A stretch of DNA of 64,000 nucleotides. Source: Spizellomyces punctatus DAOM BR117. Its lineage: Eukaryota. Positions within the stretch are counted from its first letter, which is position 1; every line of letters starts with the position of its first letter. The notes below the pieces were generated by a model. That model saw nothing but the letters and a program-made list of their open reading frames with translations, did no database searches and had not been told where the DNA came from. The stretch lies in assembly GCA_000182565.2 (NCBI GenBank), contig KQ257451.1; one strand, given 5' to 3'. A program made the translations under genes and the position numbers. Shown piece after piece: positions 1-18,217 of this stretch.

Positions 1-3176
<3,176 letters not shown>

Positions 3177-3395
3177 ATTTATTCTGTTTTGGATTGTGTA
3201 GAATGAGATAAAAATATGGAACATTCTTATTGGACACTGGGAGGAGTCTCAATCTAATATAATATTGGGGGAACAATCGATATGGGGTATGACTTTATCG
3301 AAGTCTAAAATGATCGCCACCCGGTACATCAGTGCCAGCCGAGCGATAAATTAAGCCAGCGACTTGTATTTAAGTCGTATTTAAACAATATGCTT

Positions 3396-5638
3396 CTATT
3401 TCTTGCTGAAAGGTCCCAGCTGATTGAGCCGTCGAAGAAGCGAATGATCCATCTGCGCATCAGCTGCAGGAGGGGGCGTCATGGAACCCACTGTGACGCT
3501 TGACAAGGAAGGGGTGAACGGTGGAGGTCTCGCACTCGTCACAGTGTCCTCGGAACCTTTTCGCGATTGCTTCGAACTTGCTCCCCCTGGTTCGGGCTCC
3601 CACATGTAACTTAACCCCTCCACATGTCTGTCATTCATCCAACACCTCGTCACAAGCCAATGCATCGGACCAACGTCCACAACCGGATTCGCAACTGTTC
3701 CCACATCTTTATCCCATTCTGCTTCATCCTCCTTGCACACATCCATGATCCGTTTGGCTTCCGCTGCATCATGGCTCAAAAGCCTGTCCAGGATGGGGAC
3801 ACACGGCTTTTCGACTCGATCCAGTTGCTGCCGGAACCATCTTGGATCCTTCATATCCGCCGACACCCTTAGGAGATCGTCGTAGAGGCCCCGATACTTT
3901 TTGCTAACAGTTTTCCAGGTACCGCTTAACCGCGCAACCAAGACAGAGGATAAAGCTGAGAGAATAGCCTGCAACCCGTGAAAATCCCGATTAATGAACA
4001 AGACTTGAGCGACGGTGATCCATCGCACGATGCAGGACGCTCGAGAGATGGGTTGGTCGTGCTCGAGGATGGTGGATTGAACGGTTCGGTAAAGGAAGTG
4101 CGCGAAATCTTGGGCACGACGGATGGCGTCCGATGCGGAACCACCCGATGTGGCGTATCCGAGCAAATCCACTGCTTTGATACCGCGGAACATGTCCACA
4201 TCAAAGCAGAGAATAGCTTTCCCGAGATCGTCGGCGCTCACATCGACCAGCTTTCGGTTGCCCCATTCACTGATTATGGCGTTCAAGGAAACTAGTCTAT
4301 TTTTTGCTACGCTGGACGTTTCGACAAGCCGGCGGATCTGGGATAATGTTCCAGCTGTCTGAGAGTAAGGTCTGCCTGTATGTTGGGTGTTTTCGAGGAC
4401 CTGCAGCTGTGAGCATGCGGTGTTGTATTGGTCTGATAGTATCCTATGTTGATAGATGAGTGGGGAGGTAGGGATCATTGGAAGGTACGAATTTGCAGGG
4501 GATTGAGATGTAACCGAAGCTGCAGAAGAAGAGTGAGATAGCGGCGCAGGTGGTGGTGGCATGGGGGATTGGGGTGTGCTTGGCGACGTCGGAAGGTTCG
4601 CGTTGTTTGGGGAACCCAATGGTGAGGACTTTGCTTTGGCTTGCTCCCGAGGAACAGATGGGAAGTGCCATATCAGCGATTCGCGAGGTGGGGGTGCGCT
4701 AGGGGAGGATGGGGCATACGGTGTGATGTCATTTTGAACTGAGGCATTAAAACCATGAGGTACTTGTTGCGTATCGTTTGCTTTCCCTTGGGATGGGACA
4801 GAAGGGAATTGCCAGATCAACGATTCCCGGGGTGGTGAGGTCGCTCCGGGAGCAGATGGTTGCTGCTGGGGTATAGATGATGCGCTTTGTTTGAGGGCAT
4901 GTATGCTGTCGGCGTCAAAGGGTGGCGGTGGAGACGTTGCGCGGTTGGTATCTCCGAGAAGCCAGGAAGACGCATCTGGTGTTGCATTCCTCTGCGCCTA
5001 TGGAGATTAGATCCAAAATTCAATATGTGTATCTTTTCATACGGCAAATAAGAAGGTCCTCACCAGCCTTTCTTCGCTTGGGTTGCTAGATCCCAGCGCC
5101 CTAGCCAACGAGCTGCGATACGAGTTCCAAGTACTGCTCCGTTTGATGGAGCTTTCAACAGATCGGATAGATCGCGGACGTGACAACCGGTGCTCACGAA
5201 AGTCTTTTGGCGGTGAAGCCCTTTCCGATTCATCCCCCTCTGGTTGATGGATCGATGCGTCATCATGCTCGTCATACGGTTCTAGATCGTCCACGGAAAC
5301 GGTGCCAAACATGATGTCCTCTGCTTCAGTGAAGCTATTTGATGCCAACGAATTATCAACAAATAGTAGTGTGTGTTCATGATTTAGTTCTCCAATACGT
5401 ACCATAAATGGGCCAATCCAAAAAGTCGCTCAGCATCGTCTGGAAGAGTAGTCGCAACGTTCTTAAACTTTCTGTCACCATTTTCAGTAGTTTCACCATT
5501 GGCAGAGAACACCGTCTCTTTGGCTAGGTGCGCTATTATTAGAGAAACGGCTTGTAGATAAGAGTGGAAGGCCGCTTGCAGGTCGAGTTGCGCCAGATGC
5601 CTGTCCGCATCGGCAATTGTAAAGTCAATGTTCGACAT
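3396..5638 (-). CDS. RasGEF (CDC25-like) domain protein with MIT-like N-terminus and Pro/Ser-rich linker
   Basis: C-terminal segment RASCIVRWITVAQVL..RDFHGLQAILSALSS..VARLSGTWKTV..KPCVP is a divergent RasGEF catalytic domain. N-terminal exon MSNIDFTIADADRHLAQLDLQAAFHSYLQAV. Two introns inferred. Confidence 0.75.
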
Positions 5639-5894
5639 GATGCAGTTTGCGGAACGCTGCAACAAAAAGTATGTCGATATCGCTGCTTGATTATGGCAGA
5701 GCGAAGAGGACTTACCAGCAGGATGGTCTAGTGATGAAAAATGGCGTCCAAGGACGGGCGACCAGAACGAAAACATGCCAAGAACCCCGTTCATTACGAG
5801 GGTGTCATTTACCCCAAATTGGATTGTGACTCACCCCGCACCTTCACGCGTTGGTTCATCAAATTACATCCTTTGACTGTTCTGCCGGGAAGCG

Positions 5895-6614
5895 ATGCAA
5901 TCTCGAATAACCCCATCCAACCTTCAGTCTTTCAATAACGACTTGGTAAAGAGTGCGTGAAGTATTGTATGTGGCCTTTGGTGTGTTCAGCGCGTACTAA
6001 ATCATCAACCCGTACCTCGCTAGATCTTGAGCATTTGCGAGATCAACGAGAAGCAATAGGTACGGTTGTGTGGCAAAAATAGCAGCCTATGACAGTGAAA
6101 ACAGACAACGGGCGTATCGCAAATCCTGAAACTGATTATTGCTCTGAACAGAAGTTGAAATAAACAAAGAAGAATGTCGCAAGGATGATCTTCAGCAGCA
6201 AATCCATGAGCTTACCGATCAGTTGGAGCGAGTGAAACAGTCCTTAACTAAAGTAAGTGGATCAGCTTCCTATGATTGACATAACAATCCGCTCAATAGT
6301 ATCTAACAATCTAGAAATATACTGTACGAAATGAATATGATCGGCTGATACAGGTAAGGGAGAACCCTCTGTGGCCATTTGCACTTAGTCAGCCATTTAT
6401 TCAAAGAATTATCTCATCAGGATACAGAGACCGCATATCAGAAGGTAATGTGCTCTGGCGGGCGTGTCATCAAGAGATTCGTACAGACCATCCAACATAG
6501 ATCGTGGAGTCATCCCAAACGCTCCTGGAGCTCTTACAACGGGAAAGTCAGGCCATTGCATCACATAGTGGACGCGGGATCTGTCCCAGTACGGACTTTG
6601 GATCTCATGTCTAA
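5895..6614 (+). CDS. SSNA1: SSNA1/NA14/DIP13 microtubule-binding coiled-coil protein, 6 exons
   Basis: Exons 5895-5952, 6024-6059, 6152-6252, 6315-6353, 6421-6444, 6501-6614 (all GT-AG) give MQSRITPSNLQSFNNDLVKNLEHLRDQREAIEVEINKEE...[37 protein letters not shown], matching the SSNA1 motifs [36 protein letters not shown]. Confidence 0.92.
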
Positions 6615-7510
6615 AGGTATGTTCAACAGGCTGTCGGGGGACACTGGTTGAGTGTTCATCAGAACTTGTAAAATACAGACCCAGCGAAGGTCAAGTGAAC
6701 GCTCCCCAGAGAAAGCTCATCGAGACTGCTTTTCAAATCTTCCTTATCATTCTTCCGCAAACCTTGATTGGATGTACATTACTTAACTATTTTAATCGTC
6801 AGTAAATATCTTGCTCCTGGATGAAAAAGATCTCGCTACTATTCATCTGCGTAATCCAGAAAAATGATGTCTTTGTGGCATATCGCAATGTGGAGACCCA
6901 GAAGCAATTGGACTTTGTACTGCACTGATTTGAAAATCGATTCTCAGGGATGAGCAATTCGACAGGCTTGATCGAAGTCCTGAGAAACGCGGAAACGTGA
7001 TCGTTGTCACCATCCCTACTCGTATTGGCAAGAACATGTGGGATATCCTTAAACGCAGCTGACGAACATGTCCGACATGGGCAAGTGCTTAAATCCGAGC
7101 GTGGGAATCGTTAAGCTCCACACTTCGCAGCTTGGGGTTATGGAGTCAGGAGTATCCAGTGCCGCTGTTGACAATGGGATGAGCACTTTTCTCTATCAGA
7201 AAGTTGCCCCTCTTGCATCGCTGGGATTTCGAACAAGAGCTGTTCCACTTTTCCGCTGAGCAACTGCAAACGAGCGTCGCTCATTGGCTTCATGTTCATC
7301 AGTATCGCTCGGTGGTTGACAAATCCTCTTGATACGAAAAGGTTTAGGGCACATTGTTCTTCGCTGATAATGTTTAGTCACCGATCTCCAGTTCAGGCCC
7401 AGCGCGTCGCGCGACGATGGTAAGGATGATCGACGCTACTGCGCCACATGATCAATCATCACCTACTCCTTCTCATAGCCTTCCAATGTTAGCTAGTCTT
7501 TCCCACGTAG

Positions 7511-11925
<4,415 letters not shown>

Positions 11926-12509
11926 TCTAATGGTAACTGGTATATGTGCAATGTCGTTACACGTGGCCCGTTCACTCGCCTTGCCATTCTCTGCCGTTGT
12001 TTGCGCTCACACAGACGATAAGTGCACTGAGTAAGATTTTTTGTTTAAGCATGTGAAATGGGTCTAGTGTGTTCTGCGATTTTCCTTTGTTTGTAAACAA
12101 AGACAGATGCAAATTGATCAGCGCAGGTTCGGACAAAACATTCTGGTCATTTTATGTCAGTGATGAGAAAAGGAAAGCGGCCGTTGACATGACCATATTG
12201 GCGTCATTGTTAAAGTGGGAAAACTCAAAAAAAAAATGCAGCCATAAGTCAGTGAGATGCGTGGGAAAAAAAACTCAAAATTGCATTCAGATGGGGAACG
12301 CAAAATTGACATGTGCTAATACCTTTTTTGAAAACGGAATTTTGGGACGCGCCATCCAAGAAGTCACCGCCGCCCGTTTTCCCCCATCACACATTTTATA
12401 TATCGCACCTGTTTCCATCGTTCTCCCCTCTCGATCCCCATTGTTATTTTTGTTTTTTATCCAAGAGCTCACCTCCCTTCAACACATTTCACAACAACAA
12501 CACATCATC

Positions 12510-13451
12510 ATGTCTGGCATCGTTAACCGCGCAACTGAGACCGTGAGCACCACTGCCAATGCGGTTGCTGCTCGTGTGGATCCTTACGTTCCTCAGGTGG
12601 CAAAGGTGGGCATTCTAGGAGAGGACTGAGTACCTCGGGTTCAACCCCTCGTGCACAGCTTTGGTGTCGCGCCCCAGAGTTGGGCACCCCCTGGGCAGTT
12701 GGATTGCAGCATACTGGTGTGATCTTGAACAATTTCACTCATCTGGCAATTTTGAATTGCTTTCTTTTAGAATGCGGCCAACTTTGCCATTGGTACTGCC
12801 AGTGCTACAGCCAACTTTGCCGTTGGTACTGCTAGTGCGACAGCCAACTTCGCCGTCGGCACCGCAAACGCTGCAAAGGACCGCGCTGTCAACACTGTCA
12901 CGGGCACCGTCAACTTTGCCAGCAACACTGTCAACGCAGCCACCGGCTTCGCCTCCGACAAGGTCCACGGAGCCATCGACTTTGGAAAGGTAGTCGTCAC
13001 AGGAGCCACGACCACCATCACCTCCTACACCCCCAACCCGATCCTCAACCTCGTCACCTCCACCGTTGATGGAGCCAAAGCCCTTGGCACAGATCCAGTT
13101 GGCACCGTAAAGGGGTACATCCCCACCTTCGTCATTCACGCTGGCGAAAAGACTTACGAGGTTTGTAATGGAGAATAGCATCCGGTTAAACCGCCTATTT
13201 GACTAATAATGAATCCTGCCCCTCGATAGATTGTACACAACACAAAGGACCGTACAGTAAACGGTGTCAATGCAACCACAGGCTTCATTGTGACCAAAGT
13301 CAACGGCGCTGTTCATGCCGTCACTTCCGTACCCCAGATTCACAACCTCATCGAGCAGCTCAACAAGCTCACCGCCCCTGTTCTGAACAAGTTGGGTGTG
13401 AGCCGACCTGCACCCGAGGCTGCTGCAGCCAACGGTACAACGGCGCATTAA
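12510..13451 (+). CDS. Ala/Thr/Val-rich protein with 11-residue amphipathic repeats (perilipin-like), 3 exons
   Basis: Exons 12510-12605, 12771-13160, 13230-13451 splice in frame; strong C-ending codon bias; TATA-like tttatata at ~12395; repeats NFAIGTASATA/NFAVGTASATA/NFAVGTANAAK. Confidence 0.8.
12777..12875 (+). repeat. Three tandem 33-nt coding repeats
   Basis: gccaactttgccattggtactgccagtgctaca / gccaactttgccgttggtactgctagtgcgaca / gccaacttcgccgtcggcaccgcaaacgctgca. Confidence 0.9.
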
Positions 13452-14920
13452 TGATGACGAGTTATGGTGTTTTAATATTATTAATTAGGAGCCTTTAGTG
13501 TTAGTGGTATACCGCGGTTGAGGTAGTTGGCAGCGGCTAACTTAGACTAGTCACTTGTCGTTGTGTATTTGTGTGTTTCTCATTTATTTTATTTTTATTG
13601 TATTCTGTGCTAGTTTATTGAACTTATTGCAAGTAGTATATCGACCGAAAATAGTCGGTCTATGTTTCTATTATCTTTCCACCTAATTCAGCACGAAAAA
13701 GGGGCACATGGTATGTTCTGATCAAACCAGCTTACGCAGCAAATGTACTGTACTGTAGTTTGTGGCTGACTCCTTCCATACAAATCGCACTGTGAAGTAA
13801 TCCGTGCTTTGCATGTTACTTTTCAGCAGACAGTTTAGAAAAGCCGAAATATCAGCAACATAAGACATTCTGAGACGTCTGCATTTAGGTTCTTCAGTTG
13901 TCTGTCCTCCTAGGCGAAGCACTGCATTCCTTCTCGTGTCAACTTCCAACTGAAGGACACTGCAAAACAGATCCTCGAAACGCAACTACAACGAGAATGA
14001 ACAACCATCCCGGAAAAAAGTTGTTCACGCGATGATGGATGATGATGCAGAGCCCTTTGAAATCTGTATCCGACTTCAACAGGTAGTGAGCGGAATGGAG
14101 GACTGGAAAGAAGATTCGGAAGTTCGTTTCGAGTCTAAATATGACCATTCTTATCTCCGCGCCAATAGTTTTGTACCCCTTCCATCGCCAGACGACGTTC
14201 TCCTCTTATTAAATGGAAACCGTATGGAATCCTTATGTTGGGATATTGGCTGGAAAGCGATACTCTACATTGATGTAGTGACAAGTTGAAACTGGACTCG
14301 AAGCGTATCTAAGGGGTGGAAGAGAGGCAAGGAATCACCTTCTACGTCGTGTCGATAAACAAACTGTCAAATTCTGGATGATAGGCATGGACTAGGCGGT
14401 GAAACTCTTGGGACAATCGTTGAGATCGCAAGAACTCGGATGCCATCTATCAGCGAATCTTGGCACATAGTCAGAATATCATCAACAATAGCCCGTTGAT
14501 TTCGACGCAGGTTAAAACAATCGCCTGCGAGAACCTTGGACGTCAACTACAAAAAATCCCCAATTTTGAATATTTTGTTGTATTCGAATTGTTCTTCTTT
14601 ACTCTGGGTATGTATGTCTTGATCACTCTCGCACGAATTAAACAATTTAATACTATCTCCTTACTAGAATAGTCCAAATAATGGCAGCGAGTGCCAATGT
14701 TTGTTCAGATGTGGTGCTTCGGCCAGGGCAGGGGCTAAGCAAAATACCGCGAGATGTACCATTCGCTGCAGCAAACCGAACCATCGAAGAAGATTAGGCT
14801 GGATATGTGGAGATCGCCGGCAACGCCTTGATTTATGCCAATTGTTTAGTGTATTAGGTGACAGAAACCGGAACTAGCTACTACACCAGGGAATGAACCA
14901 GCGTAAACTGGCTCGGAAAA

Positions 14921-15440
14921 GCCGAGTAATTCCCTCCTTACAACCAACTAACTACCACTAGGCCCAATGACATATGCAATACATTACGGTTGTTCTAACC
15001 GGGTAACTAAGCCCACCACACGAGAGAAATCCTACTAAGCCCTTGATTCCGAAATTCTTTAGTCAGAGGATGTTTTCAGATACTTAAGGTAATGGGAATT
15101 AGACTGGGAATACGCGCGTGGGAAAAAATCATAAAGATATACCTGCGATCGTAGCAATATAGTAGTAGCAGTGTTTGCAAGGGCCGAGTAATTCCCTCCT
15201 TACAACCAACTAACTACCACTAGGCCCAATGACATATGCAATACATTACGGTTGTTCTAACCGGGTAACTAAGCCCACCACACGAGAGAATCCTACTAAG
15301 CCCTTGATTCCGAAATTCTTTAGTCAGAGGATGTTCAGATACTAATTAAACCAGAATTAGACTCGGAATACGCGTGGGAAAATACAAAGATAATGCATAC
15401 CTGCGATTGTTGCAGCATAGTAGTAGCAGCGTTTGCAAGG
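14921..15440. repeat. Tandem direct duplication, ~262-bp unit
   Basis: Unit beginning gccgagtaattccctccttacaacc at 14921 recurs at 15183. The first ~150 bp are nearly identical; the distal parts differ by indels; both end in gtttgcaagg. Confidence 0.95.
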
Positions 15441-15773
15441 GGTTATGTTGTTTTTGTCAGGAGGGCGAGGTCCTCGGCACCAGAGCGGCATTCTCATGAT
15501 GGACTTGAGAGTTGCTTGTGCGTTGGGCAGATGCTTCAAGAGTCGAGGAACTGGTGAGGAAGGGGAGAGAGAGCAGGTCCCCTTTTATAGACCTTCCGCA
15601 TGCACCTCACCGCAGTTTAAAAAAAAACATTACATGCATGCCACACCAATCTGAGCGATAGATGGGGGTTCTGATTATGCGATATGATTAACCGGATTAA
15701 TCCGGATAATATTGGTCCTAGTGCCATTTTCAATCACCTCCACACTATGTTCGTTTGATTAGATTGTAAGATA

Positions 15774-16082
15774 CAGCATGTGCATAAAAGTAGAGAGAAT
15801 CACGTGATTCACGTGGTGGTCTAGAATTCTAGTCTATTCTTAATACCGCGTCCACCATCCATTGGCATCTACCACAGCCTGCATACGTCTAGGCATAGAT
15901 TCTACAAGTTTAAAGAGGTAATTTGAAGATAAAGCTTGCGCATTCCAACGATGGCAGCACGCTTGTGTGAATCAAGCGCCATGCCGCCGCACCAGCAAGA
16001 GTCTTGGACGTCGACCACTGGGGTATAGATTGGCAGAGCATCACGTGCACACGTGATTCTCTCTACTTTTATGCACATGCTG
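15774..16082. mobile_element. MITE (non-autonomous Tc1/mariner-type), 309 bp, TA target-site duplication
   Basis: Perfect 33-bp terminal inverted repeats cagcatgtgcataaaagtagagagaatcacgtg (15774-15806; reverse complement at 16050-16082), extending imperfectly inward; TA on both flanks; no transposase ORF. Confidence 0.88.
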
Positions 16083-16255
16083 TACTGTACAAGATGAACA
16101 TTCTATTAGCCACACTGGTGAGGCACTTGACAATCATTCAGCCGGATGGAACCACCATTGGGCCAATCAGAGCGCGACAGCACGCTAACTAATACACACT
16201 CAAATACTGAACCTACGAGCCATCGTCTTTCATCCGGAACCGAAACAGTACGAAG

Positions 16256-18073
16256 ATGGGTACAAAAAAAACCTCGTTCTCCTTCCTACTATGTGTACTT
16301 GCTCTGTTGGGCACTGCTTCGTTCGTGCAGTGCGACTCCGAGCACGTTTTGGCGTTGACACCTAGTGATTTTGACAAGGTTAATACCCTGCAACAACTAT
16401 CTGAAAACGCGCTGATTCTGAACCATCTCGTGCTCATTCTACCAGCATGTTGATGGGAGTAAACCCGCCCTCGTAGAATTCTACGCCCCATGGTTCGTTC
16501 ATGACTTCATGCTTGCTTTTCGCATGGAAATGGCTACTGACTTTCAACTTTTTCTCTTTCCTCCTCAATTTCATCCAGGTGTGGTATGTGTTTACTGATC
16601 TCTTGCTAAATCTCGCTGCTAAGGGTCACTAATCTCATGTTGTCTTCACAGGACATTGCAGTTAGTATCATGGCATATCTCAATTCATTCACCGTTTAGT
16701 TTTGATTGGGATTTACTGATGCGTCCATATTCTACCCCTTGTCCGTCACTATTGAATTTCAGAGGTGCGTGAGCTGCTGTGTGTTTTTCCGATCAATATC
16801 AATACTCACGATTCATTGGCTTTTTGAATGACAGTCATTGGCACCGGTAGGTTCAAACAAGCAAAAGGATTTGCTGAGCATTGGTCTGACGTCTTTCTCG
16901 GAATAGATATATGAAGAGCTGGGTGCGGCTTTCGCCAACGCGAAGAACGACATTGTTATTGCAAAGGTTGATGCGGATGCGCATAAGGAATTGGGATCCC
17001 GATTTGAAGTCAGGGGATACCCAACCATCAAATGGTTCCCAAAAGGCTCAAAGACACCTGAAGATTACAATGGTGGTCGGGACTTGGACTCTTTTCTGAA
17101 ATTTATCGAAGAAAAATCTGGAATTAAGGCGAACGTCAAGAAACCACAAACTTTTGTTAAAGTGCTGACAAGCGGATCATTCGACGAGGTTGTCAAGGAT
17201 CCCAAGAAGAATGTGCTTGTCGAATTTTATGCTCCATGGTGTGGTACGTCCTTGTTTCGATACGCGATGTCGGCCGTAGAGCCTACTTCATCCACATTAT
17301 TGTTCATCAGGTCACTGCAAGAATTTGGCCCCTATATACGAAAAGGTGGCCAAAGATTTCGCTTTTGAGCCAAACTGTGTGGTGGCAAATGTGGATGCAA
17401 CAGCTGCACCCGATCTCGGGGAGAGGTACAATATTGCAGGTTACCCAACCATCAAATTTTTCCCAGCTGGAGGCGACCCAACATCACCCGAGGACTACCA
17501 GGGTGGTCGCTCTGAGGAGGATTTCGTCAAGTTTTTGAACGAAAAATGTGGCACTCATCGCACTGTAGGCGGTGGACTTACGGACCTGGTTCGTCTGTCA
17601 CTTGCAAAGATGCTCCTCAACCGTACAGAGGGATTAAAATTTTGTGCCGACTAGGCTGGGCGTATCGCTGCCTTGGACAAATTAGCGGCGAAATTTGTGG
17701 CCGCTTCTAAAGAAATTCGTGATAGCCTCATCGAGCAGGCCAAGGAAGCTCTAAAGGGCCATCCTTCCAAGTAAGAAGGAACGTGTCCAAGAGCTGTCAC
17801 TATTCACTAATGGATGTATTTTGCAGATTCTCCAAGTACTACCTTAAAGTGATGGAGAAAATTGCAAAGGGCAACGAAGCGTTCCCTGGGACGGAGATTA
17901 CCCGCTTGGAAAAGGTCCTCAGCACAGGCAACACGGACCCTTCCAGGATAGATAACTTCTTAATCCGAAAGAACATTCTCCAAGCTTTTGTGTCGGGGAA
18001 GACCCCTGCTAAAGAGGCCGAGAATGTGAAAATCGACGGCACATCTGACGCTAAAGATCATGAAGAGCTGTAG
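16256..18073 (+). CDS. Protein disulfide isomerase, a-a'-ERp29c type (ERp38/TigA-like), with ER-retention signal
   Basis: Signal peptide; two thioredoxin domains with [10 protein letters not shown] and GYPTIK; ERp29-like C-terminus (KYYLKVMEKI..EITRLEKVL..RKNILQAF); ends KDHEEL. Confidence 0.95.
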
Positions 18074-18217
18074 TATATTGCGTTAATAAACATGGGATGC
18101 TTCACAGTGTAATGCCTCAATTAGGGTGGCTTAGTCAAGTTCGTACTGTTGCTATGGCAGCGCTCATGCTGTAAATTGCCAGCTCTCCAGAACTGGTGAG
18201 AGATCAAAATAGTCCAA

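Noticed and set aside
6800-7400. Protein-like fragments between SSNA1 and PARP1
   Set aside because: Multiple stops, no consistent splice pattern, no recognisable motif.
12606-12770. GGTTCAACCCC B-box-like motif in an intron (tRNA/SINE?)
   Set aside because: No A box or cloverleaf stems could be built.
12735-13181. Minus-strand Gly/Val repeat ORFs
   Set aside because: Antisense shadows of the codon-biased perilipin-like exon.
13720-14900. Short ORFs (e.g. 14032-14289) and a TACTGTACTGTA footprint-like string at ~13746
   Set aside because: No recognisable domain; a short footprint motif alone is expected by chance.
14921-15440. CRISPR array or LTR pair
   Set aside because: Only two adjacent units, no spacers, no TG..CA termini, no internal domain; eukaryotic context.
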